The notes: generated by a model not told the origin, from the letters alone. 64,000 nt of DNA from the human T2T-CHM13v2.0 reference genome, Homo sapiens (GCF_009914755.1 NC_060932.1), one strand, 5' to 3'. Positions 17,485 through 32,916 are shown, counted from the stretch's first letter. Numbers and translations are program-made.

Positions 17485-18790
17485 TCATTTATCCTACTTT
17501 GTGAATTAACAGGTTCAGCACTGGAGATAAAACAGGTGAAAAAGCATAGTCCCTGCCCTCAGTAGCATACATTCTGATGAGGAAAACAAAGAAGAAAACA
17601 AACAAGATAGTTACAGGCTGTGGAAAATTCTAGAAATATAGGGTGCTGTGATGGAAAGTAAGGAGAAGAACAAGTCTATAATTCTATTTTGTACATGTTA
17701 AATATGAGATGCCTATGAGATATCCAAATAGTGACGTCAAACAGGCAATGGGTATTCAAGAGAGGCATTCAAGAGCCATTACTGGCAGAAATATAAATCT
17801 AGGACTTATTAGAATATAAATATTTAAAGCCGTGAGCACAGATAAGAATACCTTAAAGAATACTACTATAATTACTGCAAATAAAGCAGCAGCAAAGCTT
17901 AAATGGTGACTTATTCTGTCCCAGACATTGTTCTAGTTATTGACATATATTCAATCCATTTAAAGTCTCAAAACAATTCAGATGAGGAAAATGAGGCACA
18001 AAGACTTGCCCAATGTCATGCAGCAAATTTCAGAGCTGGGATTCAAATCCAAGCAGTCTGGCTCCAGAGCATGTACTTTTATCAACTTCGTTACACTACC
18101 TATGTCAAGCAGAGACTAAAAGAAAAGCCAAAACCTAAACCATGAGGCACTCCAATATGCACAGATGGAGAAGAAACATAAAAGGAAAGGAGTAAGTGGC
18201 CTAAAAGGAAGGATAGTGATTGACTGGGGTCACACACCAATAAGAACCCTCAGGATTCAGGTATGAAAGCAAAAGAAAGAAACCATAAACCATGAAAATT
18301 GATAGGGATAGTGGCAATCATTTTGTGGATGAGAAAATGTACCTTTGGAGTAAAACAATCATAGAAGTGTTGTTAGTTACTGGTGGATGCAGACTGGAAT
18401 GCATGTCTCCTGATTACCAGGAGCACTGAAGTGCTCTTTCTACAATTCCAATCTACATTAGCAAAGTTAGCATTCGAAATGATTTGAGAAACATTAATAA
18501 GGATGAGAGTGGTAAAGACACAGTAATCTGAGTGTTTACGATGACACAGGTACTATACTAAACACTTTAAATACCTCGGAATTTCATTCTCACAACCCTT
18601 ATGAGTTACTACTTTATCATCATCCCCATTTTACAAAGGATACACCTGAGGCCTAGAAAATTTAATAACTTCCCCAAGGTCATGCTTACTGCTGGAATAA
18701 GGATCTGAATCCAAGTCTGTCGTCAAGATTCTCTTGGCTAGTATGTAATATTGCTTTCCTAAGAGTAACACTGTTCATCAAGACAGAAAT

Positions 18791-18847
<57 letters not shown>

Positions 18848-18998
18848 AGAGAAAGAAAGAAAGAAAGAGGGAGGGAGGGAGGGAGGGAGGGAGGGAGGGA
18901 GGGAAGGAAGGAAGGAAGGAAGGAAGGAAGGAAGGAAGGAAGGAAGGAAGGAAAGAGAGAGAGAAAAGAAAAGAAAAAAGAGAGAGAGAAGAGAAGAG
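18791..18998. repeat. Pure-purine compound STR (GAAA)n(GGGA)n(GGAA)n
   Basis: About 208 nt containing only A and G. Confidence 0.97.
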
Positions 18999-20230
18999 TT
19001 TAAGGAAGGAGTTTTTTTTAAATTGTATCTGGGCAAACGTGGGTATACCTATCATCCATGTGGAGATAGTATTCAAGATGGATGATTCTTGGTTACTCCA
19101 TCTGCAATAATCCATTAATAAAATTTAGAGTAACCAGTATTCCCTGTATTAACAATGTAAAACGCATAAAGAACATACCATTTAAATGTTCCCTACATGA
19201 TTTATGGTAACTGGAAAACATTCACCATTAAAAAATGAGCAACCAAGATAAAAGAACCTTGCAACTGCAATATAATCTAGCTGCCTAAAACCATATAAAT
19301 GACAGAAAGGCAGATGTCCAAAAAGGGGGAAAGTTGTTAGGAACTTATTTTGTTAATATCTACCCAACCGATGGAGAACAAAAGCACAGAGGTACCCACC
19401 ACCGTGAATAAGAGATAATTCACTAAGTTCGTCAAGAATCTGGATATAAATAACTCTCAAGTAAAATAATCCTTTACTTGCTCTTATTATGATTGATTTT
19501 GGAGTCACTGGTAAGCTTCTGATTTTTTTTATTCGATTTCCAAGGTGCTTTGGTAATCAAAAGGGTCTTTTTGGTGGTAGATATGAGCGTTTTCACCACT
19601 GAAAAGGTATGTCTTCCACAGTAAATGAGTAAATCAACATTTACATGTATATAAACCAATCTCCTGTGAGAAGGACTAATTGGTTCCTTAGCATTAATCA
19701 ATTCTGAGAGAGCTGATAAAAAATAATAATTTCTGAGTCCAAAAAATTGAGAACCAGTCTCTTGACTAAGCACCCTTGTGAAACCTGAAGTGATCCAGTC
19801 CATCTCCACCTGCAGGTCTCTGTTTAATTCAACAATCCCTCTTAAAGCTGCCAGGACATTGTTACTGAAGTGCTTTTACCACTGCCCTGTGTTAGATAGT
19901 ATTTGGCACTTAACAGAATGTCCTAAAATATTTGCTAAATAAATGATCTCCAAATAGATTTATGCCACCGACCTGTTGCCTTTTTCAACTCTGGAAACTA
20001 AGTGATTCAAAGAGTGCTGTTGTGACATAGCAAATTTAATAAGAAATATGTTTCTAAGAAATAAACATTTCCCAAGTGCATAAGTGGTACTTATTTTAAC
20101 AAGTGTAATCTAAGTCCACCCACTAACTTTAGAGATTTGCAATCTCTAAAGATACGTCATTTATTCCTGAACACACATCTGCCTCCCATGAGCCAGGGAA
20201 AGCCACAGTGCCAGTACACAGGCCAGATAG

Positions 20231-20532
<302 letters not shown>

Positions 20533-21786
20533 TGCATTTTCAAAGTATTACACAAGTGACATTTAGAACAAAACATTCCAAAGTTAATCTCTTGCCTGCA
20601 TCTTTCAAACTCTGCTAACCACAGACATTAAACTCATAATAATAATCATAATTAACATTAAGTGATTACACTGTACTACAGGTCACCACATAAACTTTTT
20701 CATTTAATCCAAACAACTCTATGATACAGATACTTCTCATTCCCACTTGACAGATGAGGAAAGCAAAGCCTGGAAAGGCTAACTTGCCTAAAGTCACAGA
20801 GCTGGTTAAGTGGAAGAGCCTAGAAGACTGAATGAGCTCTTAACCACCAGGCTACACTCTTGTATCCAGTTTAACTAAGTCAGTTCAACAGATTCAATTA
20901 TATGCTGCGTTTAAATTATCAACAGTTTCCACTTAAAAATACCTGCTTGCAATTACAATTTTCACATGAATTTAAAAGTACTTTCTTATTACAAATATCT
21001 AAGATCTGCATTAATAGGAAATAACCTTTAAAAAAATCAAAGGAAGAGAGGATGCTTTTTAAAAAGAGGGCAGGAAGGATACTTTTAAAACTAGAACGTC
21101 ATATAAATGCATTTTGCTTCGAAACAACAGAAATAAAATTTCTCATTCTAGATTTTCCTCTTCCCAGCTAAGTCCATTTCCTTATCAAGAATTTCCTTGG
21201 ATGTCCTAGTTCATGAACCTTAACTACTAAATACATTTAAGGCCCTTCTCTTTGATATTCTTTTATGTTTTTCAGAATGAACACTACAAAAGAGTATTCT
21301 AAATTATACGGTTTCAGATAAAGCGCCGAAGTACAGGCTCAAAAGAGTGGCTACAAAGTACATCTCCACTTGGAACGTTATAGATGTCGGATCCCAGCAG
21401 GGAATCAGTGGAGTTTCCTTACTCTCTCCTTCCCAGAGCCCTACTAGGTCCCTAAATCCTTCTCGACACCTTCGTTAGCTGCTGGTCTCCAGGAGTCTTT
21501 CTCCAAATCCCCCCACCGGTCATCTCAAAACAAGACCCCAGGAACCTGTCACTCACACCCCTATTCTCAGTCCCCTTCCTGAAGCCCCAACTGTCCCGTT
21601 AGAAGACAAGAGAAGGCTGTCGAAGCTCCTGAACAAAAAGTGAAGATGAAAGAGAAACGTACTAGGGAAAAACTTTGGCCCAGCCACACCAAGCCCAAGG
21701 GGGAGAATGCTAGAAAGTACGTCTGGTGGGACGGGGCTGGGAACTGCGCTCCCCACGTGGGCCAGAGGAAAAAGAACAGCACTCAC

Positions 21787-21918
21787 AAGGCCATCTATCT
21801 GCACTTGCTTCACGGCTGAATCTCCCGAGCCGCCTTTGCCTTTGCCTTTCCCTGCTGCGCCGGCGGTGGAGCTGGAAGAGGTGGCAGTAGAGCCGGTACC
21901 TTCCTTGCGGGACGCCAT
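21787..21918 (-). CDS. EIF3H: EIF3H (eIF3 subunit h) coding exon 1, 44 codons; later exons lie outside the window to the left
   Basis: Translates to [44 protein letters not shown], the eIF3h N-terminus. ATG at 21918-21916; phase-0 donor CTT|GTGAGT at 21787/21786. Confidence 0.97.
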
Positions 21919-22055
21919 CTTTCCAAGCAGACAGGAAGAAAGAGAAACGTGAGTTACCGGAAGCGGAAGTACAAGTCTCGCGTGACGTCACTCGCAGGCC
22001 GGCGTTCGAGGGGCGGAGACGGAAGGAGAAGCCAAAATTGGGCCCCGCCTCCCTC
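21913..22055 (-). promoter_or_regulatory. EIF3H TATA-less CpG-island promoter with TCT initiator / 5'TOP
   Basis: The - strand reads TTT-C(+1 ~21944)TCTTTCTTCC, matching YCTYTYY. Also YY1-type AAGATGGCG over the ATG (21913-21921), tandem ETS/GABP ACCGGAAGCGGAAGT (21956-21970), TCTCGCGTGA (21976-21985), full CRE TGACGTCA (21983-21990) and GC boxes at ~22010 and ~22043. Confidence 0.85.
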
Positions 22056-23679
22056 CTGTTTTCCAGTTTTACCTTCTTTCCAGGCGGTATCCTTTGTGCA
22101 TGCCTACTGTACATTTTCGACCTCTTTCCGATGGAATGATCTAAGATGAAAGTAAACTTTTTAAATGTTTAATCATTCACCACTAGGCAAACCGTCATAA
22201 TAGCATTACAGTTCGCATTATTTCTGTAGTGTCTCTTATGTAAAAATGCTTTCATTTCTGATCTTGCAATGAAGTGCTGTACTAACTCGCATTATGCATA
22301 TTAGAAAACTGATAAGTGATTTGTCCGACATTATTCTGTTAATTAGCGATGAGCCAGTATTGCACAGCTTGTTTTACGTAATTTTAGATAGCTGCTTGTA
22401 ACCACTTAGATTATATAGAAATTAAGACATAGAAACTTTTATCAGAATTACCAGAAATAGTAGCCTTTTGCTATTAGCTTCATGTAGAGATTTACCTGAG
22501 TAAAGTACCAAAGAAGTTATCTGAGGTATTGTTGAAGGATGATACAGAATATATTTTCTAAAAATCACGCTGATTTATGACACATTACTCTGAAATACAC
22601 ATCTCAAGTCCTTAAAAGAATATATGACAACTGTAAGAAGCCATTTTAGATAAGTAATTTGAAACATTCTTTTCTACTTCCAAATGACTTTTTTCCTATC
22701 CCTTATTTTTGAAATGTTTATTCAATAAATATGTATACAGAACTGATGAAATAATTAAATCAATAAACGGCATATCCTGCCCTGAAGTTTTTTGTTGTTT
22801 TGTCATTGGGATCTGGTGTTATATTTCAATCTGGGAGGAGAAATAGTTACATGTTACAAATTCTTAACACTACAAAATGAAAAGTTAATATCCACTCATT
22901 TCAAGTGTATATGAAATATTTATTAAAATACACCAAACCCTAGGTCACACAGAAAGTCCACAAATTTAGAGGTTTTAAAGGTTGATCCTGGTAAAATTAC
23001 ACTAGAAATTGGTAACAGAACATTCACAAAAAGAAGAAAGAAAATCTCGCATGGAAGAACCAGACTGGAGGTTTTTGCCTACCACTAGGTAGCTGGAATG
23101 ATGAGCATTAGAAAACAGTGAGGCTACTTATAAACAATAATACATTTATTTATTGCTTTATCCTACAACATACATAACACAGTTTTGTTTCAGAATTACA
23201 ATACCAATATCCTCATAACAGTAAAACTACAAAGTAAAGTTTAAAATATTTTGCAATTTTTTTGTCCTTGAAAATATCCAACTAAGGTTTTGCAGCCACG
23301 TGTGCTAAACATACTACAATGGGTTATTTTCATCTGTCCTGAGACAGTTCATGTGGGCCCTCTTTATGAAATACACTAGCTAGATGTAAGAGGTACAACT
23401 GAGAGAGAGAGAGAGAGAGGGCCAGAGAATATGAAGAATTTGAATTAGAAATCAATATGATCACCTTGACAAGAAAGGGCCCAGAAGCATTGACATTTCC
23501 GTCACTTCGGTTCCTAATTTCATTCCTATCTCACTGGCTACCTCCTTTATTCTCAGTTCCCATTGCTGATTTTTCTACCCCTTTTCAACCTTTAAATATT
23601 GAAGAGCACCAAATTTAGACTTTGAACATCTTCTTTCCCCTATTTTTGTTCTCTTTTATGGTGACCTCATCCAAGCTTT

Positions 23680-25150
23680 ACAAAGAGATACACTCAAAAT
23701 AATGTAAATAAATCAATATATTATTTAAAATGTTCAAATAACCCAGAAGAATGAAGAAAAAGAAAAGAGAGAAATGAAAACAGAGAGAATGAATAAAAAA
23801 TAACTTAAATGGCAATCTTAAGCCCAAATATATTAATAGTTATGTTAATTTTTTTTTTTTTTTTGAGACAGAGTCTCCCTGTGTCACCCAGGCTGGAGTG
23901 CAATGGTGTGATCTTGGCTCACTGCAACCTCCGCCTCCCAGGTTCAAGCGATTCTCTCGCCTCAGCCTCTTGAGTAGCTAGGATTTCAGGCACCCACCAC
24001 CCTGTCCAGCTAATTTTTGTATTTTTAGTAAAGACGGGGTTTTGCCATGTTGGCCAGGCTGGTTTCGAACGCCTCACCTCAGGTGATCCGCCCGCCTCAG
24101 CTTCCCAAAGTGCTGGGATTATAGGCGTGAGCCACCGCACCTAGCCAATATAAATGTTTTAAATATACCAATTAAAGGAAAACAATTGGATGAATGAATA
24201 AACGGATAAAAACATGATCTATCCATAGGCTATCTATAAGAAACTCACTTCAAACATAGTAATATAAGTACAAAGAAAGTAAAACGATGGAAAAATATAT
24301 CATGTAACCACTAATCAAAAGAAAGCAGGAGTGGCTATATTAATATCAAATAAGGCAAAATTCAGAGAAAAGAAAATAATCAGAGACAGAAGGAGACATC
24401 AAATAATGATAAAATGATCAATCACAAAGAACACATGAGAATTCTCAATGTGTATGCCCCAACAGAAATCAGAACCTATGTGAAGAAAAATCTCATAGAG
24501 CTGAAAGGAAAAAATGGGCAAATCCATAATTATAGTTGGAGATGTCAACTCCCTCTCTCAACAATGGATAAAACAACTATGGAGAAAATCAATAGGATAT
24601 AAGGAACTCAACAATACCATCAACCAACAGGATCAAATCAGCATTTATGGAACACTCAAAGTAGAAAATACACACTTTTTTGAAGTGTCCATGGAATATA
24701 CAGGTCATATCCTGAACCATAAACAAACCTCAGCAAGTTTAAACCTCAACAAATTAAATAATTTCTGAGTTGAAATTATTCATAGTATGTTCTCAAATCA
24801 CAATAGATTTAAAGAAGGAATTAAAACATAGGATAACAAAATTTTCTGAATATTTGGAAACTAAACAACATACTTCTAATAATATTAATCCACAGATCAA
24901 AGAGGAAGTCTCCAGGAAAATTTTAAAACATACACACAAATTGAACTAGATGAATATGAAAATATAAAATATTAAAATGTGTGGGGCACAGATACATCAG
25001 TGCTGAGAAAGAAGTTTATAGCTAACTGCCTACATTAGAAAAAGGAAATGTGTCAAATCCATCATCTAAGCTCTCTAACATCCTAGACAAAAAAGAACAA
25101 AATAAACCTGAAGTATGCATAAGAAAGTAAATAACAGATTGTAGCAGAAA
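23680..25150 (+). mobile_element. Old L1 fragment covering the decayed ORF2 endonuclease region, with an Alu inserted
   Basis: ORF track gives ILNVYAP and IIIVGDVNS (cf. L1 EN ILNIYAPN and IMGDFNTPL), broken by frameshifts. Confidence 0.8.
23849..24146 (-). mobile_element. AluS
   Basis: Reverse Alu dimer. Confidence 0.9.
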
Positions 25151-25878
25151 CTGAATGTATTTAATCACTTAAAGATGGTTGGTCACAACCATTAAGTTGT
25201 CTTTCTGGCCTCCCATAAGGAAGTTCAATATTGTGGGTATTAATTTCATTGTGGATATTTATTTATTGTATGAAATAAATTTATCTTGTATTCGCAACAA
25301 GATGTTCTTCATTCTCTTTGTCACAGAAACTAATGTTTTTAGCATACTTCTCCAATTGCTGGAAATATTTCTAATTTAGTTACAGGCAAAAAGAGAGAGG
25401 CTGATGAGGGCCTTCCAAACTAAGCTGTGGGCGCTGCCCATGTGTGATTACTGCCTGGGGACAGGAAGCAGAGGATAGCCTGTCACACCTGAGTGAGCAA
25501 ATAAAAAATAAACAGTCTAACTAGTTCAGCTTTTGTGGCATAATAACTCTACCCACTAGAAAAACACTGCCCAGTAAAAGTCAGGCTGTGACCATTCCAT
25601 GCCTCAGAACTACCCAGTATTGGAGCTGCTTTCCCTCACTTGGCTAAGACACTTAAACCCTTTTCAATGCAGTAAAATGAGTCAGGACACCAAAGATGAG
25701 CCCCTAAATGTTGTTAAATGTCATTTTATTACGATAGAGAGTGCTAACTTACAACAGAGAGTATACATTTCGGGGTTCACCTGGCTCGTTCTATATTCAG
25801 ATGAGCCAAAAGATGTGTGGGGTGTGTTTGTGTATGTGTGTGTGTGCGTGTGCGCGCGCACACACGCACATGCTTGCC

Positions 25879-26270
<392 letters not shown>

Positions 26271-27348
26271 TGACTCTCTGGACTCTGTCTCCTGCCATGT
26301 TTGGGTTCTGACCAAAGACTGGCTACCACTATAATCTCAAGCTCACAGTAGCAATTGAAACAATACACTTTTTGTTTTGTTTATTTTAAGGAAACCTCTC
26401 CCCCAGTCATAGAAAAAAGATCTTGCTCATTAGCCTCATTGAGATCAATTTAAGTCATAGGCCTCCTTTTGTCTACAAATGTGAAATAAGACTATGGGAG
26501 GTTATACTTTGAAGAGCTAGGTAATTTGTTCAGTGTTATGAAAGAAACTACAGAGAGTATAAAGTTGGAGCCAATAAAAAGAAAATAATATTCATTTACA
26601 CATAAGAATTAGCATGTGGTCATTTTCTGTATGTTTGCTAAAATAATAATAATTTTTAAAATGACATTGGACTTTTCATCCCAGTATTTTGATTCATCAC
26701 TTACCAACTAATATTTAAACAAAGTAATCTTGCAGTAAAAAAAAATTTGAGAGGATTGTAAGAGTGACTTTTATTTTGTATAATATCATGTAATTAATAC
26801 TTCATATTGGTGTAATTCAATTATAAATACTAGACTTTGAAATAATATTCTACTGGATTATTGAAAGCATGTTTAATTTCTTGCCACCAGGAGTTCAGTT
26901 TCTGCCCTGAGTCCTCCTGCTGCTTAAAAATATATACAAAACCATGAGTGAAAGAGTTGGCTTCAACATTTTGTTAAATATAAATAGTGTTTTTTAGAAA
27001 ATCCTTTTAAAGCTGTAATCTGACATAATTTCCAATCTTTAAACTTCTTTAAGTAACAGTAATAATATTTGGTTACCTAGAGTAATTTTATAAAGATTCA
27101 TTAATCTTCTAAAGTGCTTTGATAGATTAAAATGAAAGACCCATTTAGTGTGAACTTCTCTATCAGTTTGAATAATAATTAAATTTCAAATGGCAGTTTG
27201 CTTTGCATTACAGTAAAACATGTTTGCCACTGGTACTATTTCTTAACTTTTTGCTCTGCTCTACCAGTTTTTATTTTCACCATTTAAATTAATGCCATTA
27301 AACATTTTGTAGTAAAATGCCAATGGAGAGCACTATTTAAATCTGTTA

Positions 27349-27693
<345 letters not shown>

Positions 27694-28776
27694 TCAATTT
27701 ACCTAACATGGTAGTATTTGTTCTAAGTATGATTTCATCCAAATAAATTATTACAGAAAGCAAACTTGCTAGTCTAATTTTATAGTGATCCGACAATAGT
27801 CATCTGATAACTGATGATGGGCACTTCCTGTTTACTGTCTAGTTTAGAAATATCCTCGAGAAACAGAAATCTCTTGAAATCTTTTTCTAAGAGACAGCTT
27901 CTCCTTTGTCATTTGACCTGAAAGAAGAGCTCACTGATACTGGCAGGACCTATATACATGAATTCCGCTTGCTTTCTTTAACTGACAACTGGATGACACT
28001 AACATTTCCTTGATGTTCCTTACCCAAGCAGCTGGGGCTCTTCATATTTAACTAACTTTTCTCAACAGGAGATATATCCCACTGACACACCAAATTCAAA
28101 TCAAATTGTTTATACTTTCAAGAGAAACAAATGTCAAGACAGTTTCTATAGTATGTAAAGAAAGATTTGGTTTATTTAACTTGGAAGACTTTCCACCTTT
28201 TAGAGGAAACATATAAACTAGTATTTTGAACCTGTTCAAAGGAAGGGCAATTGTATTGACTGACATCAGCTAACATCAAGGTCTCATCAAACATATTTGT
28301 TCATATAAAATTATCTAATTCTGGCAAGTAGTTTTAACTTCCTCTATCATTTAGCATTGAGTTTGGCTACATATAAAATAAACTTATGATAACTTTTTTT
28401 TAAAACCAAGGTAGAAGTTTATTTTTCTTCTCATGTAAAAGAAATCCAGAAGTAGAAAGTCTATGTTTGGAAAGACACTTTCACAGTTGCGAGCGATCCA
28501 AGCTCCTCTTATCTGCTTTGCCAGTGTTAAGTGAATGACCTCCATTCTCAAAATTACCTCATGGTCTAAAATCGGTTGCTGGAGTTAAAGCTATCACATC
28601 CAAATTCCAGGGAGTAGGAAGGAAGGAGATATAAAACACAAAAGTGCCCACTGCCAAGCTAAGTTGACTTCCTTTAAGCCGGCTTCCCAGAATTCCATGC
28701 AACACTTACACTTACATATCTTTGGCTAGAACTTAATCCTGTGGTTCTACCTAACTGCACAGAATGCTGGGGAATG

Positions 28777-29215
<439 letters not shown>

Positions 29216-30731
29216 TTATATTTGGTGGTTTTGTGAGAAATGTCATGCAGCCATTAAAAATAATGAATGAGAACTCTGCCAATTGACTTTGGGTAGATGT
29301 GTGTAGGGATTTCTACAGGATTGTTAGGTGAGAAAAGCAAAATGTATAGAATTGTTAAATATGATTCAATTTCGCATAACAGAGTATCTCTACATAAATA
29401 TTAAATTGTATATATATGCATATGATATATCAATATGTAAATATGGAAACATTGCCAAGAGATACATAATACATCATCAAAGTGTTATCTGGGCAAGGGG
29501 AGAAGAAATTACTATCTTCATGTTCTTCCACTTGTTTTAAGAGGCATATGTTATTTTTGTAATTTGAAATACATAAAGTTTTTGTTATTTTATTTTATTT
29601 TAAAGATTATTTTAAAAAGTGACAGCCTCCATATCTGACCTTTGTAACACCTTCTGACATATTTGAAATTTCACAGTAAGGCATTCCATGATGGAGCCTA
29701 TCCTAGGGGATCTTAGCGAAGAACCTCATAGGACCTCAATACAAAGTGCTTTACCTAAGTTGTCGTAAAATATTTATTTAGCTAAATTATTTATTTAGGC
29801 AGTATGTTAGATAATGTTAGGTAGAAATTGTTTTTGAGCTAATGAATGTTAACAAATGTTTATAAATATTTAGATATGAATATAAGGAAGAATAATACCA
29901 CAATAGATATGTTAGCTAAATTGTCTAACATTTACGAAATTAAACAAAATTATACTAACATTGATGAAATTCAACAAAGTAACCTTTATGAATTATATTT
30001 AATGTTTACCTCTTTAATTCCATTTAGGCCATGAATCTTTCATGAGAAAGTCCTATTTGGGAATTAGTCATACGTTTCAAAAATAAATTATTCTCATGTC
30101 AACTTGGCTTCATCAAAATTTCATGAAGAAAAAAACTTCAAAATCAAGTACAACAGCATAATATTATAAAACTATATTTGATCCAGACATAATAAAATGA
30201 AGAACATAAAAAATAAAGAAAAATAAATTAATCGCCTACTTACTCCAGCTGAATGTGGATTTCTATTTGGCATGGAAAATGTCCAGTGGACTGACCTGAG
30301 AAAAAAGCTAAAAACTAGCAATGCTGTTATAAATTATTGTTCCTTCAGTATAAGGTCAAAAAAATTTCAATGAATATTAAATATTTTAATAATGACATAA
30401 CTTTCAAAATAAAATTTCAGATTTAAATTTATATCCAAATGGTTCACTCAATAATGGCAGTATTTGGCTTCTGCCTTGGTTGTGGCTAAATATTGATTTT
30501 CCATTACAGATCATTTGGCATCTAAACAAAAGTGTATTAAGTGGACCAATTAATAAAAATATCTTATTGGATAAACGATGCTTTATTACAAAAAAGGTCC
30601 TTCAGGAACACTAATGAGCATAATAATGATTTGGGGAGATTGTAATAAATGTCACTTCCTCTTTGAATAGTACCCCTCTCCCTCAATACTTATTCTGAAT
30701 CAGAAATGGGCATTTTAAACAAGCACACTAA

Positions 30732-30956
<225 letters not shown>

Positions 30957-32379
30957 TAAACTTGATAATCACCATTATAGACCATCTTCATGTTTTCATA
31001 ATAAAGATAGGGTGCAAACTGGCACTGTCATATACATAGAGCTTGGGGAAAAAATGTGCTGTAGCTTGGTAAATTAAAAAACGACAACAAAAACTAAGAT
31101 AAGACTAAAATCCCTAGTGCTGCACCACATTTTTCTTAGTACTGAAAAGTGGCCAAGGAGCTGGTAGATAAATCTGAGGCTATTTAAGAAAAAATGTTTT
31201 AACTGTTTTGCAAGACTCAGGTGGTATCTCGTTTCTCTGTCTGTGGTGGGCGCATAGTTGGAGTAGAGAGTTGGCATACAGGGATAAAAAGAGGATTCAA
31301 ATTGAAAAGTACTGAGCAATTACACTCAAAGACCTTGAATCCAACCCTGCAAAAGTTTTCATGGCTTCCAATTCCTAAATTCATTTTAAGTTTAAATGAA
31401 AGCAACCATCTAAGTGATGTGCTGGGACTCAGATCAGGGCTAACATTATAGATCTTATTCCAATTTCATAAACCTACATATTGAAATAAAACCCCAAATG
31501 CAAACAATGCATTCAATCACGTTGTAAATCATTTTCTGTGCTGGTTCTTTCAATCTTTAGCCAAAACTAGATCTGGGACAGATTCCAGGCAAGGACAAAA
31601 ATGCAAAATTCCATACTCCCCATTCTTTGATTATTTTACCTTGAAGTGGATACTCGACAGTTAGCCACGGGAGAACTTGAAATTTTCTGATTCATTCTCC
31701 TCATTAATCAAATTGACCAAGTAATTTTTAAACCTCCAGTCAGCTTTGTGCCTTCCTGTTACTGGCCCAGTATGTAGTCTTCCTATGTCAGAGACCATGG
31801 ACATAAAAAGAGTACTTGAAACTTATCTAGACCTACAACCAGTTTGACAGTGAGGAAGTTGAACCCAGCTTTCTTCGGGAGTTGCCCAAGATCAAACGGC
31901 TTGGGTTTGTGGCAAAACCAGGACTCAAGGTTAGGAATTCTGACTCTAGGCAAACGAAGCTCTTGAGAGTTCTTCCAAAACACTCCATGCGAGTGATTTA
32001 GGATGGTCCTAAGGCAGGAGGAAATGCAAAATGGTGGCACCCTTTGCCCTGACAAATGGTTCCTGAGTGACGTTAGTTTCTATGGTGGTGTAGCAAGAAC
32101 ATTTGAACTTCAGGCACGAAAACTGGGTTCCAGACACTAACAAACTACGTGCCCTTCGTGAACGTGCTTAATTTCTTTATGGGAAAGCAGCCAGTACAAA
32201 CCTCCCCACTCATAGCTATCCAATATATCATTTCCTTCTTTCACTTGGGAATTATAAACATTCAGGGGAATAATGTAAGGTAAATCACTTAGGACAGTGT
32301 CTGGAACATATTAAGGCTCAATATTATCACTGACTACTACTATACTGCCAGTCTTTCAGAGAAGCTCTTGCTACGCGCC

Positions 32380-32728
32380 TCTAAAACGTAGGTAACACGC
32401 TAAATGTATTCTCGTAATTTTCTTTTACCGTGGCCCCAGACTGCGCATGTGCGCCACCGTGCGGAATCGCGCACCCCAGCGGTTTTCCAGCGTACGCACA
32501 AGTTCCGCCCTAAGGGACCGCCCCTTTAAGCGCGGGCACTGCGGTGGAAGCGCGCGCTAGTCTGGACATGACGTAAACCAATGGGCAGGCCCGGAAGACA
32601 GAGGCGTTTGCTTCCGTGGCCAAAGGCGCTTCATTTCCGGGTGAAACTGGCATTGAGGGTACTGGGGCGTGCGTGAGGCGTTTACTGATGCTTCCTGGTC
32701 CGGTGGCCTCGGTCCCGGTAAGCCAGGC
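32380..32728 (+). promoter_or_regulatory. UTP23 CpG-island promoter and 5'UTR
   Basis: CpG-dense over ~32380-33010. NRF1-like TGCGCATGTGCGC ~32442, GC box ~32518, TGACGTAA ~32569, CCAAT ~32578, ETS CCGGAAG ~32591 and TTCCGG ~32635. No TATA box. Confidence 0.8.
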
Positions 32729-32916
32729 ATGAAGATCACAAGGCAGAAACATGCCAAGAAGCATCTTGGCTTCTTCCGCAACAACTTCGGAGTCCGCGAG
32801 CCGTACCAGATCCTGCTGGACGGCACCTTCTGTCAGGCGGCGCTGCGGGGCCGCATCCAGCTGCGGGAGCAGCTGCCCCGCTACCTCATGGGGGAGACGC
32901 AGCTGTGCACCACAAG
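32729..32916 (+). CDS. UTP23: UTP23 coding exon 1 (rRNA-processing protein, PIN domain)
   Basis: MKITRQKHAKKHLGFFRNNFGVREPYQILLDGTFCQAAL..., with the PIN Asp at position 31. 188 nt; donor AG|GTGGGC. Confidence 0.97.

Noticed and set aside
18686-19115. Low-complexity ORFs (KERK..., SFLP...)
   Set aside because: Translations of the purine STR.
21553-21786. 121-aa ORF extending EIF3H exon 1
   Set aside because: Read-through past the canonical GTGAGT donor into the intron.
32669-32728. In-frame GTG-initiated N-terminal extension of UTP23
   Set aside because: An open frame of 20 codons is expected in GC-rich DNA, and nothing in the sequence supports non-AUG initiation.
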